Below are positions 9,519 through 19,662 of a stretch of 64,000 nucleotides of DNA, piece by piece. The position numbers and the translations under genes are program-made. The DNA lies in contig CAPIEU010000002.1 of NCBI GenBank assembly GCA_948630815.1, positions 129,862 to 193,861 of the forward strand, in the 5' to 3' direction. How positions within the stretch are numbered: position 1 is the stretch's first letter; every line of letters begins with the position of its first letter. This DNA comes from an uncultured Clostridia bacterium. GTDB lineage: Bacteria; Bacillota; Clostridia; TANB77; CAG-508. The notes below the pieces were generated by a model. It ran no database searches. It worked only from the letters and a program-made list of their open reading frames with translations, and had not been told where the DNA came from.

Positions 9519-9531
9519 TATAAAATAGTTA

Positions 9532-9564
9532 AGATGCTCACCCAAAAATACAAGGTGAGCATCT
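9532..9564. terminator. bidirectional terminator between convergent ytvI and the 9572-9814 gene
   Basis: AGATGCTCACC-loop-GGTGAGCATCT. Confidence 0.75.
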
Positions 9565-9571
9565 TGCTGGC

Positions 9572-9814
9572 TTAAATAAATCCAGCTTTTTTCAGTGCAC
9601 TGGCTAAAGTCGTAGTCAAATGTTTGGAAGAAGAAAATGCGTTTCTTCTTTCAGCTGCCATTCTGGCATAAGCTTCTTCGGGACTTTCCAATCCACAACA
9701 ACCTATAAAATTTTCATCTTTCCAACCGTTACATTCTCTGGTTGAGGGTGTTAAAGCCTTTTCTGCCCGAGGACATGGAATACCACATTCGTAACATATT
9801 TTGTTAATTGCCAT
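9572..9814 (-). CDS. small Cys-rich hypothetical protein (80 aa), locally GC-richer
   Basis: RBS AGGAGGA. CxxCxxxC...C...CC pattern. Contains an in-frame CGG-G (coding strand, plus-strand 9767-9769) that keeps the frame. Confidence 0.5.
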   Translation of the reverse strand: MAINKICYECGIPCPRAEKALTPSTRECNGWKDENFIGCCGLESPEEAYARMAAERRNAFSSSKHLTTTLASALKKAGFI

Positions 9815-9894
9815 AAAAATCCTCCTTTGCTACATCAAACAATGTTTACATAAGCAATTATACCATATTAACATAAACAAGTCAAATATAAGAC

Positions 9895-10767
9895 TTACTC
9901 TAGTAACCCCTTAAAAAAATTTTCTGTTGAAATATTGCTAGGACGATTATTCCTTTTTAAGCAATACAAACAATTTATGTTTTTAGTTATATGGTTAACA
10001 CCGCTTTCACAAGAAAGGCTTGCTTTAAAACCTAATTTTTTTATGATATCAATAGAATCTTTACTAATTGCTCCAAAAGGGTATGTAAAAGTATTGGGAG
10101 TATAATTTGTATTTTTAATAAATTCTTCTTGTAGTTTTTGTAAATCATTAGTTAAAAGTGTTTCATAATCTTCTTTTGTTTCAAATTTCTTTTTCATACA
10201 GCCTTTACGAGTGCCTATAGAATGTAAGTTATATGTATGATTTTGAAATTCTATATTTCCATTACAAATTAGTTCATTTATATCTTTCCAACGTAAATAT
10301 CCATAATTTGGATTTGCTTCATCAGTATCTGTAAAAGTATCAGTGTATTTACCAACTATAGAGATAACAGCTTTCATATTATATTTTTTGAGCATTGGTA
10401 CAGCATAACTTAAATTATTATAATGACCATCATCAAAAGTAATAATAATTGGTTTTTCAGGAAGTGGAGAATTTTCATATACATATGATATTAAATCTTG
10501 CATTGTTATAGAGGTATAACCTCTTTCTTTAATATATACTAAATCTCTTTCTAAGGTATTTGGATGTACGGTATAATCACCGCTTTTAGATTTTAATATA
10601 CTATGATACATAATAATAGGTACTTTAATATAATCTTGATCACTTGCAGCATCTGCATTAACAGTTGTGTAGATATATACACAAGAAAAAGATAGAATAA
10701 TTACTAGCAAACTTGCTATTAAATGATAATTTAATTTAAAAATAATAAATTTTATCACAGTACACAC
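9895..10767 (-). CDS. polysaccharide deacetylase (NodB homology) family protein
   Basis: TFDDGHYNN NodB motif. N-terminal membrane anchor. Confidence 0.85.
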   Translation of the reverse strand: MCTVIKFIIFKLNYHLIASLLVIILSFSCVYIYTTVNADAASDQDYIKVPIIMYHSILKSKSGDYTVHPNTLERDLVYIKERGYTSITMQDLISYVYENSPLPEKPIIITFDDGHYNNLSYAVPMLKKYNMKAVISIVGKYTDTFTDTDEANPNYGYLRWKDINELICNGNIEFQNHTYNLHSIGTRKGCMKKKFETKEDYETLLTNDLQKLQEEFIKNTNYTPNTFTYPFGAISKDSIDIIKKLGFKASLSCESGVNHITKNINCLYCLKRNNRPSNISTENFFKGLLE

Positions 10768-11853
10768 CTACTCACTAACAACAGGATCTATAATATCATA
10801 TTTTCTTGTATAATCTTTTGTATCATTATTTTCTCTTACTACTTCACTTTTATTTTTTCTTAAAAATTCAATAATTTGATAAACATCTATCCAAATTTGA
10901 TTTACACCATCTTTTTGACATTCATCAAAAATTAATTGCATTCCAAAATGTAAGTGGGGAATATTAATGTTATTTACATTTTCTTTTGTACTATATCCAG
11001 TCATACCAAGATAGCCGATAACATCTCCAGCTTTAACAGTTTTACCCTCATACATATCAGTATTATAAGGGTGGTCTTTTCTAAGATGTGCATAGTAATA
11101 GTACCTTTTTTTATCCATACTTCTAATACCAATTCTCCAACCACCATACTGGTTCCAACCAAGAGCTTCAACAGTACCACTTTCTACTGCAATAATAGGA
11201 GTACCAATACTTCCCATAAGGTCATTTCCAAGATGTACTCTTTTAAAGCCATATGAACGAGCATTACCAAAATCATCATAATGATTAAAACTATAATTTT
11301 TAGCAATAGGTAAGAATGCTTTTACTCCATATTTTTTGGTAAAAGTTTTAGCTTCAGTTCCAGCATCACTTGGGAGTTCTACTTCATATTCACCAACAAA
11401 TTCATGTAAAATTGCATCATAGCTTTCATAGTAATAATTATAGTTTTTTAAATCTTTAGTTAATTCTTCCATTGTAGCTCCATTTTTTAATTTGTCTGTT
11501 AAAGAAATTAAATCATTTTGCTTAAATTTTTTAAAATTGCCACCATATTTACAAGCAAGATATGAAAGAAGTTCAATCCAATTATATTTCACAGGTTCAT
11601 TATTATTATGAGAATTTATATCAAATTTAGAGGTTTTATCTAATACATCATATGTAACATTAAAATCTACCCATTTAATATATTTTTTCTTTTCTTCTTG
11701 TATCTCATTATTATTCCAGATTAAATTGTTAGAGTTAGCAGGAAGACTAAAAGGGTATATAAATGAAACTAAAACAATAGATGCAATTATAATAATACAT
11801 ACACTTACAAAAATTATATATGATTTATTTATTTTAATAGATTTTATAAACAA
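10768..11853 (-). CDS. M23 family metallopeptidase
   Basis: HLGNDL (HxxxD) and PHLHFG (HxH) motifs. N-terminal TM segment. TTG start behind GAGGTGA. Confidence 0.85.
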   Translation of the reverse strand: MFIKSIKINKSYIIFVSVCIIIIASIVLVSFIYPFSLPANSNNLIWNNNEIQEEKKKYIKWVDFNVTYDVLDKTSKFDINSHNNNEPVKYNWIELLSYLACKYGGNFKKFKQNDLISLTDKLKNGATMEELTKDLKNYNYYYESYDAILHEFVGEYEVELPSDAGTEAKTFTKKYGVKAFLPIAKNYSFNHYDDFGNARSYGFKRVHLGNDLMGSIGTPIIAVESGTVEALGWNQYGGWRIGIRSMDKKRYYYYAHLRKDHPYNTDMYEGKTVKAGDVIGYLGMTGYSTKENVNNINIPHLHFGMQLIFDECQKDGVNQIWIDVYQIIEFLRKNKSEVVRENNDTKDYTRKYDIIDPVVSE

Positions 11854-11969
11854 CTAAAATTCACCTCGTAATATATATATTAAAAAAATAGGTATATATT
11901 CTTTTTTGTTTACAAATGTAAACTGATATGATACTATTTTTATGAAAATTAAAAATATGGGGTATTAAT

Positions 11970-12860
11970 ATGGAAGAAAAAATATTAGAATTTTATAGAA
12001 AAACAAGTACTTATACAGATTTAGGATATTACAAAGAATTTGCACAAAAATTACCTGATGATATTGAAGAATTATGTTTTTTACAAAGAATGCAAATAAT
12101 TCATCCAGTAGCATTTATTGATAAAACTATTAGAACAAAAAATAATTGCTTTTGGGGAGATATGACAAAAGTGCCAGATACAAGACTTGAATATGAAGAC
12201 GATATTTATCCAACTGCACAAAGTGTGATTGCTGAATTATTAAGAAAAAATCCTAATTATGATATAAAAAGGGAAGCAAAAGATAAAGTACATATTACTT
12301 GTAGAGGACAAGCAATACTACTTGCAAGTATACTAAAAGCAAAAGGAATTCCTGCAAGGGCAAGAAGCGGATATGCAGAATATATACATTATGACGGAAT
12401 TTATTATGACCATTGGATTACGGAATATTTTGATAAAAAAGAATATAGATGGAAATTAGTAGATGCAGATGAACATTGTCCAGATCACGAAATGGGATTT
12501 GATTTAAATGATATTCCATATGATAAATTCTTATTTGGTGCAGAGGCGTATTTAGGAATAAGAGAAAATAGATATAAAGAAGAAACGATTTGGTATGCTT
12601 CTGATCCGGTTACTTTAGGATTAAAAGCTAGTATAAGAGGATTGTTTTTTGATTTTCATTCATTAATGAATGATGAAATAATATTTTTACATATGCCTAA
12701 ATATATAAGAAATAAAAATTTTGAACTGACAGAAGAAGAATATAAAGAATTAGATGATTTGGCAATATTAATGTTAAAGCCAAATGAAAATTTTGATAAA
12801 TTATATGAAATTTGGGAAAATACACCTAAATATAGAATTATGTCTGGGGCACTAAATTAG
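11970..12860 (+). CDS. transglutaminase-like domain protein
   Basis: Cys-His-Asp core context: CRGQAILLASILKAKGIPARARSGY ... DHWITEYF ... LVDAD. Confidence 0.75.
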   Translation: MEEKILEFYRKTSTYTDLGYYKEFAQKLPDDIEELCFLQRMQIIHPVAFIDKTIRTKNNCFWGDMTKVPDTRLEYEDDIYPTAQSVIAELLRKNPNYDIKREAKDKVHITCRGQAILLASILKAKGIPARARSGYAEYIHYDGIYYDHWITEYFDKKEYRWKLVDADEHCPDHEMGFDLNDIPYDKFLFGAEAYLGIRENRYKEETIWYASDPVTLGLKASIRGLFFDFHSLMNDEIIFLHMPKYIRNKNFELTEEEYKELDDLAILMLKPNENFDKLYEIWENTPKYRIMSGALN

Positions 12861-12931
12861 ATTCTAAATAAAAAAGTTTTATTTTTGAAATAAATGTGCT
12901 ATACTATTTATAGTATGAGGAGGAATTCTAA

Positions 12932-13237
12932 ATGGAAAAAAAATTAAATAATTTGCCATATTCTTTTCAGGAGGACATAAAAAAAGCAACTAAGATATTG
13001 AAGGAAAATGGTGCAAAAGAAGTATTTATTTTTGGTTCTATTGCTAATGGAAAATTTAATGAAAATTCAGATATAGATATTGCAGTTAAAGGATTAAAAG
13101 AGAATGATTTTTATAGGATTGCAAGTATATTAATGTTTGAATTGGAAAATGAATTTGATCTTATAGATTTAGATGATAAAGAAAACCGTTTTTCGCAAAT
13201 GCTACTAAAAATTGGAGGGCTATTAAAAATTGGATAA
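12932..13237 (+). CDS. MntA-like minimal nucleotidyltransferase (type VII antitoxin)
   Basis: GSIANGKFNENSDIDIAV matches GSxxxGx5SDxDxxV. 101 aa. Overlaps the downstream gene by 8 nt. Confidence 0.8.
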   Translation: MEKKLNNLPYSFQEDIKKATKILKENGAKEVFIFGSIANGKFNENSDIDIAVKGLKENDFYRIASILMFELENEFDLIDLDDKENRFSQMLLKIGGLLKIG

Positions 13238-13682
13238 TTTAATTAAAGAACAAATCAAATTTAAAATAAATGATATTGATAAATTATTTTTAGAATATGA
13301 TTTAATATTTAAAAAGATAGAGGCACAAAAACCAGATTTATTTGATATGACTATATTAGGTAGTGTTTTACATTCCTTTTATAATGGTTTAGAAAATGTT
13401 TTTGAAATAATTGCAAAGAATATAGATAATAATGTACCTATAGGAAATAAGACACATCAAGAATTGTTACATCAAATGGCAAGTGAAAATGGTACAAGAA
13501 GCGAAATTATTAACAAAGAACTATATTTAAAATTAAGAGAATATGCAACATTTAGGCATTTTTATAGACATGCATATTCTTTTCAATTAAATTGGGAAAA
13601 AATGAAACCATTGGTAGATAATATACAGGATGTTTGGGATGAAGTTAGAAAAACACTATTAGACTTTTTGAGTTATAATTAG
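13230..13682 (+). CDS. HepT-like HEPN-domain ribonuclease toxin
   Basis: RHFYRHAY matches the Rx4HxY HEPN motif. TTG start overlaps the MntA stop. 150 aa. Confidence 0.7.
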   Translation: MDNLIKEQIKFKINDIDKLFLEYDLIFKKIEAQKPDLFDMTILGSVLHSFYNGLENVFEIIAKNIDNNVPIGNKTHQELLHQMASENGTRSEIINKELYLKLREYATFRHFYRHAYSFQLNWEKMKPLVDNIQDVWDEVRKTLLDFLSYN

Positions 13683-13752
13683 TACTTAAATGTGATAATA
13701 CTACAGCTATTTACAAATATATTTAGCTGTGGTATTCTTTTTATGTAATAAT

Positions 13753-13895
13753 GTTACAATTCACAGTTATTTCTTAAAATCCGCTTCATCTTGCAGGAGG
13801 TAGGGCATTTTTATTTTTCTCTCAGGTTTCGAAAAATAAAAAGCACTACCTCCACGTGAAGCTACTTTGTACTATAAATAACTGTAAATAGTAAC
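13753..13895. repeat. second MITE-like palindromic element, opposite orientation, related to 8187-8357
   Basis: GTTACAATTCACAGTTATT pairs with AATAACTGTAAATAGTAAC. It forms a long imperfect hairpin. Its reverse complement shares the blocks TCGAAAC, AAAATAAA and GA(A/G)GCGGATT with the first element. Confidence 0.55.
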
Positions 13896-13921
13896 ATAAC
13901 AATAAAAAAGGAGATAATTAA

Positions 13922-15974
13922 GTGGTAGATTTAAACCAAGATGTAAAGTATGTAAAAGGTGTTGGACCTAATAGAGTTGTATTACTAAATAGATTAGGTA
14001 TTTATACATTAAAAGATTTAATTACATATTATCCAAGAGAACATGAAGATAGGAGTAAACCTATTAATATAGAAGATACTTGTGATGGAGAAGAGGTTTT
14101 AATAGAAGCAGTTTGCACATCAAGAGTTAATGAAATTCGTACACGAAAAAAGAATATGACTATATATAAACTAATTGTAAGAGATGATACAGGTTCAATG
14201 GTTATAACTTGGTATAACCAAAAATATTTAAGACAAAGATTTAAGCTAGGTGAAAAATACAGTTTCTATGGAAAAATTGTAAAAAAGAATGGTGTAACTG
14301 AAATGGTTTCACCTACATTTGATGAAGCAGGTAAAACAAAAAATACTGGAAAAATTATACCTATATATCCATTAACATATAGTTTATCACAAAACAGTAT
14401 TAGGCAAATAATTGAAAATGGTTTAAATCTTGCAAAAAATACTTTAGAGGAAAAGTTACCATCTTATTTATTAGAAGAATATAAACTAAGAGATATAAAT
14501 TCAAGTATAAATAGTATACATTTTCCAAATGATTTTAAAGATTTTGAAGAAGCAAGAAAAAGATTAGTTTTTGAAGAATTACTTAGTATGCAACTAGCAT
14601 TACTTAGCATAAAAAATATGAATATACAAGAAGAAACAGGAATTAAGTTTGATGAACAGGTAAAAATGTCTTCAGTAATAAATACGCTTCCATTTAGGCT
14701 AACAAAAGCACAATTACGTGTTTTAGAAGAAATAGATAGAGATATGGAATCTTCTAAACCAATGAATAGATTACTACAAGGAGATGTTGGATCACGGAAA
14801 AACAGTTGTTGCAATAATTGCAGCATATAAAGCAGTAAAAAGTGGGTATCAAATGGCTATTATGGCACCAACTGCAATTTTGGCTAATCAACATATGGAG
14901 GAATTTAGCAAAATCTTAAATGAATTTGGAATTAAATGTGAATTATTAATTAGTGGAATAACTAAAAAGAAAAAAGAAGATATTTTACAAAGACTAGAAA
15001 ATGGAGAAATTGATGTATTAATTGGAACTCATGCAATATTAGAAGAAAATGTTGTATTTAAAAATCTAGGTTTAGTTGTAACAGATGAGCAACATAGGTT
15101 TGGAGTAAGGCAAAGAAAAATTATATCTAAAAAAGGAAACAATCCAGATGTATTAGTAATGACAGCAACACCAATTCCACGTACACTTGCACTTATATTA
15201 TATGGAGACCTAGATATATCTATTATTGATGAACTTCCACCAAATAGAAAAAAGATAGATACCATAGCAGTTACAAAAGGATTAACCGATAGGGTAAATA
15301 ATTTTATAAAAAAACAAATAGATGAAGGAAGACAATGCTATATTGTGTGCCCACTTGTAGAAGAAAATGAAGAAATGGACTTAAAATCTGTAATAGAACT
15401 TGCAGAACTTTATAAAAATGAAGTGTTTAGTGATTATAAAGTAGAATATTTACATGGAAAAATGAGACCAAAAGAAAAAGATGCTATAATGGAGGAATTT
15501 AAACAAGGAAATATAGATATTTTAATATCTACAACTGTAATAGAAGTAGGAGTTAATGTTCCAAATGCAAGTATTATGGTAGTTGAAAATGCAGAAAGGT
15601 TTGGTCTTGCACAGTTACACCAATTAAGAGGAAGAGTTGGAAGAGGGGAATATAAATCATATTGTATTTTGAAATATCAAGGAAATTCTGAAACTATAAG
15701 AGAACGTATGAAAGTAATGCAAGATACAAATGATGGTTTTGTAATTTCAGAAAAGGATTTAGAGTTAAGAGGTTCAGGAGAATTTTTTGGAACAAAACAG
15801 CATGGACTACCAGAATTTAAAATAGCAAATCTATTTCAAGATATGCCAATGTTAAAACAAGTACAAAGTGTAGCATATAAAATTCTACAAAAAGACCCAA
15901 AACTAGAGACGAAAGAGAACGAAAAACTACGAAAAATGACGAAAGAAAAGTTTGAAAATAGGCTAGAAATATAA
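13922..15974 (+). CDS. recG: ATP-dependent DNA helicase RecG, interrupted by a +1 break at in-frame CGG (extra C at 14795) inside Walker A
   Basis: GTG start behind AAGGAGA. The wedge domain is followed by LLQGDVGS|c|GKTVVA, which restores GSGKT. DEQH box, QLHQLRGRVGRG motif VI. Track ORFs 13922-14830 and 14784-15974 are the two halves. Confidence 0.9.
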
Positions 15975-16085
15975 GGAAAAATATTGCATTTATTTACATA
16001 TTGTGGTAATATTTATTATGTTCACTATAAACAATTGTATAAAAAAGTAGCCTCAAATATTTTGGACTACAGAGAGGAGAATTAT

Positions 16086-16562
16086 ATGCGGAAAAGGACA
16101 CAAAAAGAAGTAATAGCATTGGGACGAGTTGAGAGTATATTTAGGGAGTTGAATCTTGACAAAAATAATGAAGGATATGTTCCGCTTTTAGATGTAATCA
16201 TTTATGCTTGTGCATTTCCTGAAGAAGAACTTGTAAAAGTAGTAGAAACTTTGTCAATTGAAAATTACTACCTTGGAATTAGGTTTTTAGACAGTAAAAC
16301 TGGAAATAAAACTGAAGCTCTGTATGCGGCAATGGTTCATACCATTAAAGCTACAATCGAATCGGGAGATGATGAAGATTTAAAAAATCTTGAACTTGAC
16401 AAAATGAAAGTCATTTTGGAAGGAAAAAGAGGAGAAGATCTTGAAAAAGCATTACTAGCTGAAATTGGCGAGAAATATCACCAATATTCAAATGATGAAA
16501 AGATTACATTATTTTTCGTAAAAAAAATTCTTAAAGTTATTAAAGACGAGACGTGGCCATAG
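16086..16562 (+). CDS. hypothetical protein (158 aa)
   Basis: ATG behind GAGGAGA. The second codon is CGG-A. A hairpin and T-run follow the stop. Confidence 0.45.
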   Translation: MRKRTQKEVIALGRVESIFRELNLDKNNEGYVPLLDVIIYACAFPEEELVKVVETLSIENYYLGIRFLDSKTGNKTEALYAAMVHTIKATIESGDDEDLKNLELDKMKVILEGKRGEDLEKALLAEIGEKYHQYSNDEKITLFFVKKILKVIKDETWP

Positions 16563-16613
16563 ATGCTGCGTCTTTTTCTTATAAATAGGACAGTAACTTT
16601 AGTGGTGAAATTT

Positions 16614-16636
16614 ATTGCAAACGATGTAGGGGCGAG
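16614..16636 (+). repeat. 23-nt direct repeat, left copy, upstream of the MmeI-like gene
   Basis: ATTGCAAACGATGTAGGGGCGAG, identical to 19640-19662. Confidence 0.8.
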
Positions 16637-16806
16637 GCTTGCTTTTGGCAAGAATGAAAAATGAATAGTGAATAATGAATAATATAATCATGTATGGGAG
16701 GACTTCGTGTCCGCCCAATTTTATAAAGTAAAATATTATTATATAACACAAAAGTATATAAGTATGATATAATCATAGGCAAAAGAGAAAAACAAGGAGT
16801 AAATAA

Positions 16807-19593
16807 ATGAAAATAAATGAACAACAAAAAAGAGCAAAAGAATTTGTAGAATATTGGAAAGATAAAGGATATGAAAAAGGAGAAAGCCAAAAATTTTGGC
16901 TACAATTATTAAATGAAGTATTGGGAATAGAAAAACCAACAGAATTTATAGAATTTGAAGACCAAGTACATATAGATAAAAGTACAGGATTTATAGACGG
17001 ATATATACCAAGTACAAAAATATTAATAGAACAAAAAAGTATAGATAAAGATTTGAAAAAAGGAATAAGACAAGCAGATGGAAACTTACTTACTCCATTT
17101 CAACAAGCTAAAAAATACATTACAGAACTACCACTTTCAAAGCATCCAAAATATGTAATAACTTGTAATTTTAAATCATTTTTAATATATAATATGGAAA
17201 ACCCAAATGGAGAGCCAGAAGAAATATTGTTAAAAGACTTAGAAAAAGAATATTATAGGTTACAATTTATAGTAGATAGTAAAAGTGAAAACCTAAAAAA
17301 AGAGATGGAAGTATCAATACAAGCAGGGGAAATAGTAGGAAAACTATATGAAGAAATATTGCCATTATATAAAGACCCAAATAATGAAAATTCCTTAAAA
17401 AGTTTAAATATGTTATGTGTAAGGTTAGTATTTTGTTTATATGCAGAAGACGCAGGAATATTTGGAAAACGAAATATGTTCCATGACTATTTAAAAAATT
17501 ATAATACAGAAGATATAAGAGAAGCATTAATAAAGTTATTTAAAGTATTAGATACAAAAATAGAAGAAAGAGATGTATATCTAAAAAGTGACTTAACGGA
17601 GTTTCCATATGTAAATGGTGGATTGTTTGCGGAAGAAAATATAGAAATACCAAGGTTAAATGAAAAAGTAAAAGAACTATTACTAACAAAAGCAAGCGAA
17701 AATTTTGATTGGAGCGAGATAAGCCCAACGATATTTGGGGCAGTATTTGAAAGCACGCTAAACCCAGAAACAAGGCGAAGTGGAGGAATGCACTATACCT
17801 CAATAGAAAACATACATAAAGTAATAGACCCATTATTTTTGGATGAATTAAAGGAAGAACTAGAAGAAATAAAGGAAATAACAGTAATAAAAACAAAAAA
17901 GAAAAAGCTTAGTGAGTTTCAACAAAAAATAGCAAACTTAAAATTCCTAGACCCAGCGTGTGGAAGTGGGAACTTTTTAACAGAGACATATATATCATTA
18001 AGAAAATTAGAAAATGAAGTAATAGAAACCCTAAATAAAGGACAAATAGGAATAGGAGAAGAAAACATATCGCCAATACAAGTATCAATAGGTCAATTTT
18101 ACGGAATAGAAATAAACGATTTTGCAGTAACAGTTGCAAAAACTGCATTATGGATAGCAGAAAGCCAAATGATGAAAGAAACAGAGAAACTATTACATAT
18201 AAACCTAGATTTTTTACCATTAAAAACATATGCAAACATAATAGAAGAAAATGCTTTAAGAATAGACTGGAACGAAGTAGTAAAAAAAGAAGAGCTAAAC
18301 TATATAATGGGAAATCCACCTTTTGTAGGTGCAAGGTTAATGAACAAAAATCAAAAAGAAGATATTATAAATATTTTCAAAGGAACGAAAGGGGCTAATA
18401 ATTTAGATTATGTAAGTTGTTGGTATAAAAAAGCAACAAACTATATAGAAAATACAAAAATTGAAGTAGCCTTTGTGTCAACAAATTCAATAACACAAGG
18501 AGAGCAAGTTGCGATACTTTGGAAAGGCATATTGGAAAAAGGAATAAATATAAACTTTGCATATAGAAGTTTTATATGGGATAGTGAAGCAAGCCTAAAA
18601 GCACACGTATATTGTGTTATTATAGGTTTTGGATATATTTCAAGAAATGAAAAATTACTTTTTTTAAATGATAATACGTTAAAAAAAGTAAAAAATATAA
18701 ATGGTTATTTAGTAGAAGCACCGAATATTTTTATTGGAAGTAGAAATAAACCAATTTGTAATGTCCAAAAAATGGATTGTGGCAGTATGCCAAATGATAG
18801 AGGATATTTAAGCAATTATACTAAAAAACAAAAAGAGGAAATATGTAATAAATATCCAAATTCAAATAAATTATTTAAAAGAATAATTGGTGCAGAGGAA
18901 TTTATAAATAATAAAGAAAGATATTGCATATGGCTTAAAGATGTTGAACCGTCATCATATAAAAATAATCTAATAATTATGGAAGCAATAAAAAATGTTA
19001 AACAATTAAGAGAAAGTAGTACAAGAGAAGCAACAAAAAAATTAGCAGAAATACCATATTTATTTGGAGAAATAAGACAACCTGAAACAGATTATCTATT
19101 AGTACCTAGTACTTCATCTGAAAAAAGAAGATATATACCAATAGGATTTTTAAATAAAGATTATATTGCAACAGATGCAACTCAAATAATACCAAATGCA
19201 GACTTATATCATTTTGGTATATTAACATCAAATGTACATATGGGTTGGGTGCGAGTAATAGCAGGAAGATTAGAAATGCGATATAGATATTCAGCTAAAA
19301 TAGTATATAATAATTTTCCATTTCCCAATCCAACAAAAGAGCAAAAAGAAAAAATAGAAAAAACAGCAAAAGGAATACTTGATGCAAGGGAATTATATCC
19401 TAACAGTAGTTTAGCAGATTTATATAATGAGCTAACAATGCCAAAAGAATTAAGAAAGGCACATCAAGAAAATGATAAGGCAGTAATGGAAAGCTATGGT
19501 TTTGATTGGAAAAATATGACAGAAAGTGACTGTGTAGCAGAACTTATGAAAGTGTATCAAGAAAAAGTAAAAGAATTATCTAATAATGCTTAA
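16807..19593 (+). CDS. MmeI-family type IIL (type IIG) restriction-modification enzyme, single polypeptide
   Basis: 928 aa. N-terminal PD-ExK-like nuclease motif GFIDGYIPSTKILIEQKS (D-x10-E-x-K). SAM motif I DPACGSGNFL. N6-adenine motif IV NPPF (YIMGNPPFVGAR). Long C-terminal target-recognition region. Confidence 0.8.
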   Translation: MKINEQQKRAKEFVEYWKDKGYEKGESQKFWLQLLNEVLGIEKPTEFIEFEDQVHIDKSTGFIDGYIPSTKILIEQKSIDKDLKKGIRQADGNLLTPFQQAKKYITELPLSKHPKYVITCNFKSFLIYNMENPNGEPEEILLKDLEKEYYRLQFIVDSKSENLKKEMEVSIQAGEIVGKLYEEILPLYKDPNNENSLKSLNMLCVRLVFCLYAEDAGIFGKRNMFHDYLKNYNTEDIREALIKLFKVLDTKIEERDVYLKSDLTEFPYVNGGLFAEENIEIPRLNEKVKELLLTKASENFDWSEISPTIFGAVFESTLNPETRRSGGMHYTSIENIHKVIDPLFLDELKEELEEIKEITVIKTKKKKLSEFQQKIANLKFLDPACGSGNFLTETYISLRKLENEVIETLNKGQIGIGEENISPIQVSIGQFYGIEINDFAVTVAKTALWIAESQMMKETEKLLHINLDFLPLKTYANIIEENALRIDWNEVVKKEELNYIMGNPPFVGARLMNKNQKEDIINIFKGTKGANNLDYVSCWYKKATNYIENTKIEVAFVSTNSITQGEQVAILWKGILEKGININFAYRSFIWDSEASLKAHVYCVIIGFGYISRNEKLLFLNDNTLKKVKNINGYLVEAPNIFIGSRNKPICNVQKMDCGSMPNDRGYLSNYTKKQKEEICNKYPNSNKLFKRIIGAEEFINNKERYCIWLKDVEPSSYKNNLIIMEAIKNVKQLRESSTREATKKLAEIPYLFGEIRQPETDYLLVPSTSSEKRRYIPIGFLNKDYIATDATQIIPNADLYHFGILTSNVHMGWVRVIAGRLEMRYRYSAKIVYNNFPFPNPTKEQKEKIEKTAKGILDARELYPNSSLADLYNELTMPKELRKAHQENDKAVMESYGFDWKNMTESDCVAELMKVYQEKVKELSNNA

Positions 19594-19639
19594 CGACATA
19601 TACATTTGATTACTAGATAAAATTTTTGTACTAAAATCT

Positions 19640-19662
19640 ATTGCAAACGATGTAGGGGCGAG
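19640..19662 (+). repeat. 23-nt direct repeat, right copy, within a hairpin 47 nt downstream of the MmeI-like gene
   Basis: ATTGCAAACGATGTAGGGGCGAG. Here it continues into the hairpin CGATGTAGGGGCGAGCA-a-TGCTCGTCCGCAACATCG. Confidence 0.8.

Noticed and set aside
16612-16939. Minus-strand ORFs (92 and 66 aa) upstream of and overlapping the start of the MmeI-like gene.
   Set aside because: The products are low-complexity and phenylalanine-rich. They overlap the repeat element and the strongly supported plus-strand gene start.
17267-18398. Several 80-140-aa ORFs in other frames within the MmeI-like gene.
   Set aside because: They are embedded in a continuous 928-aa ORF with clear enzyme motifs. 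The alternative-frame products are low-complexity.
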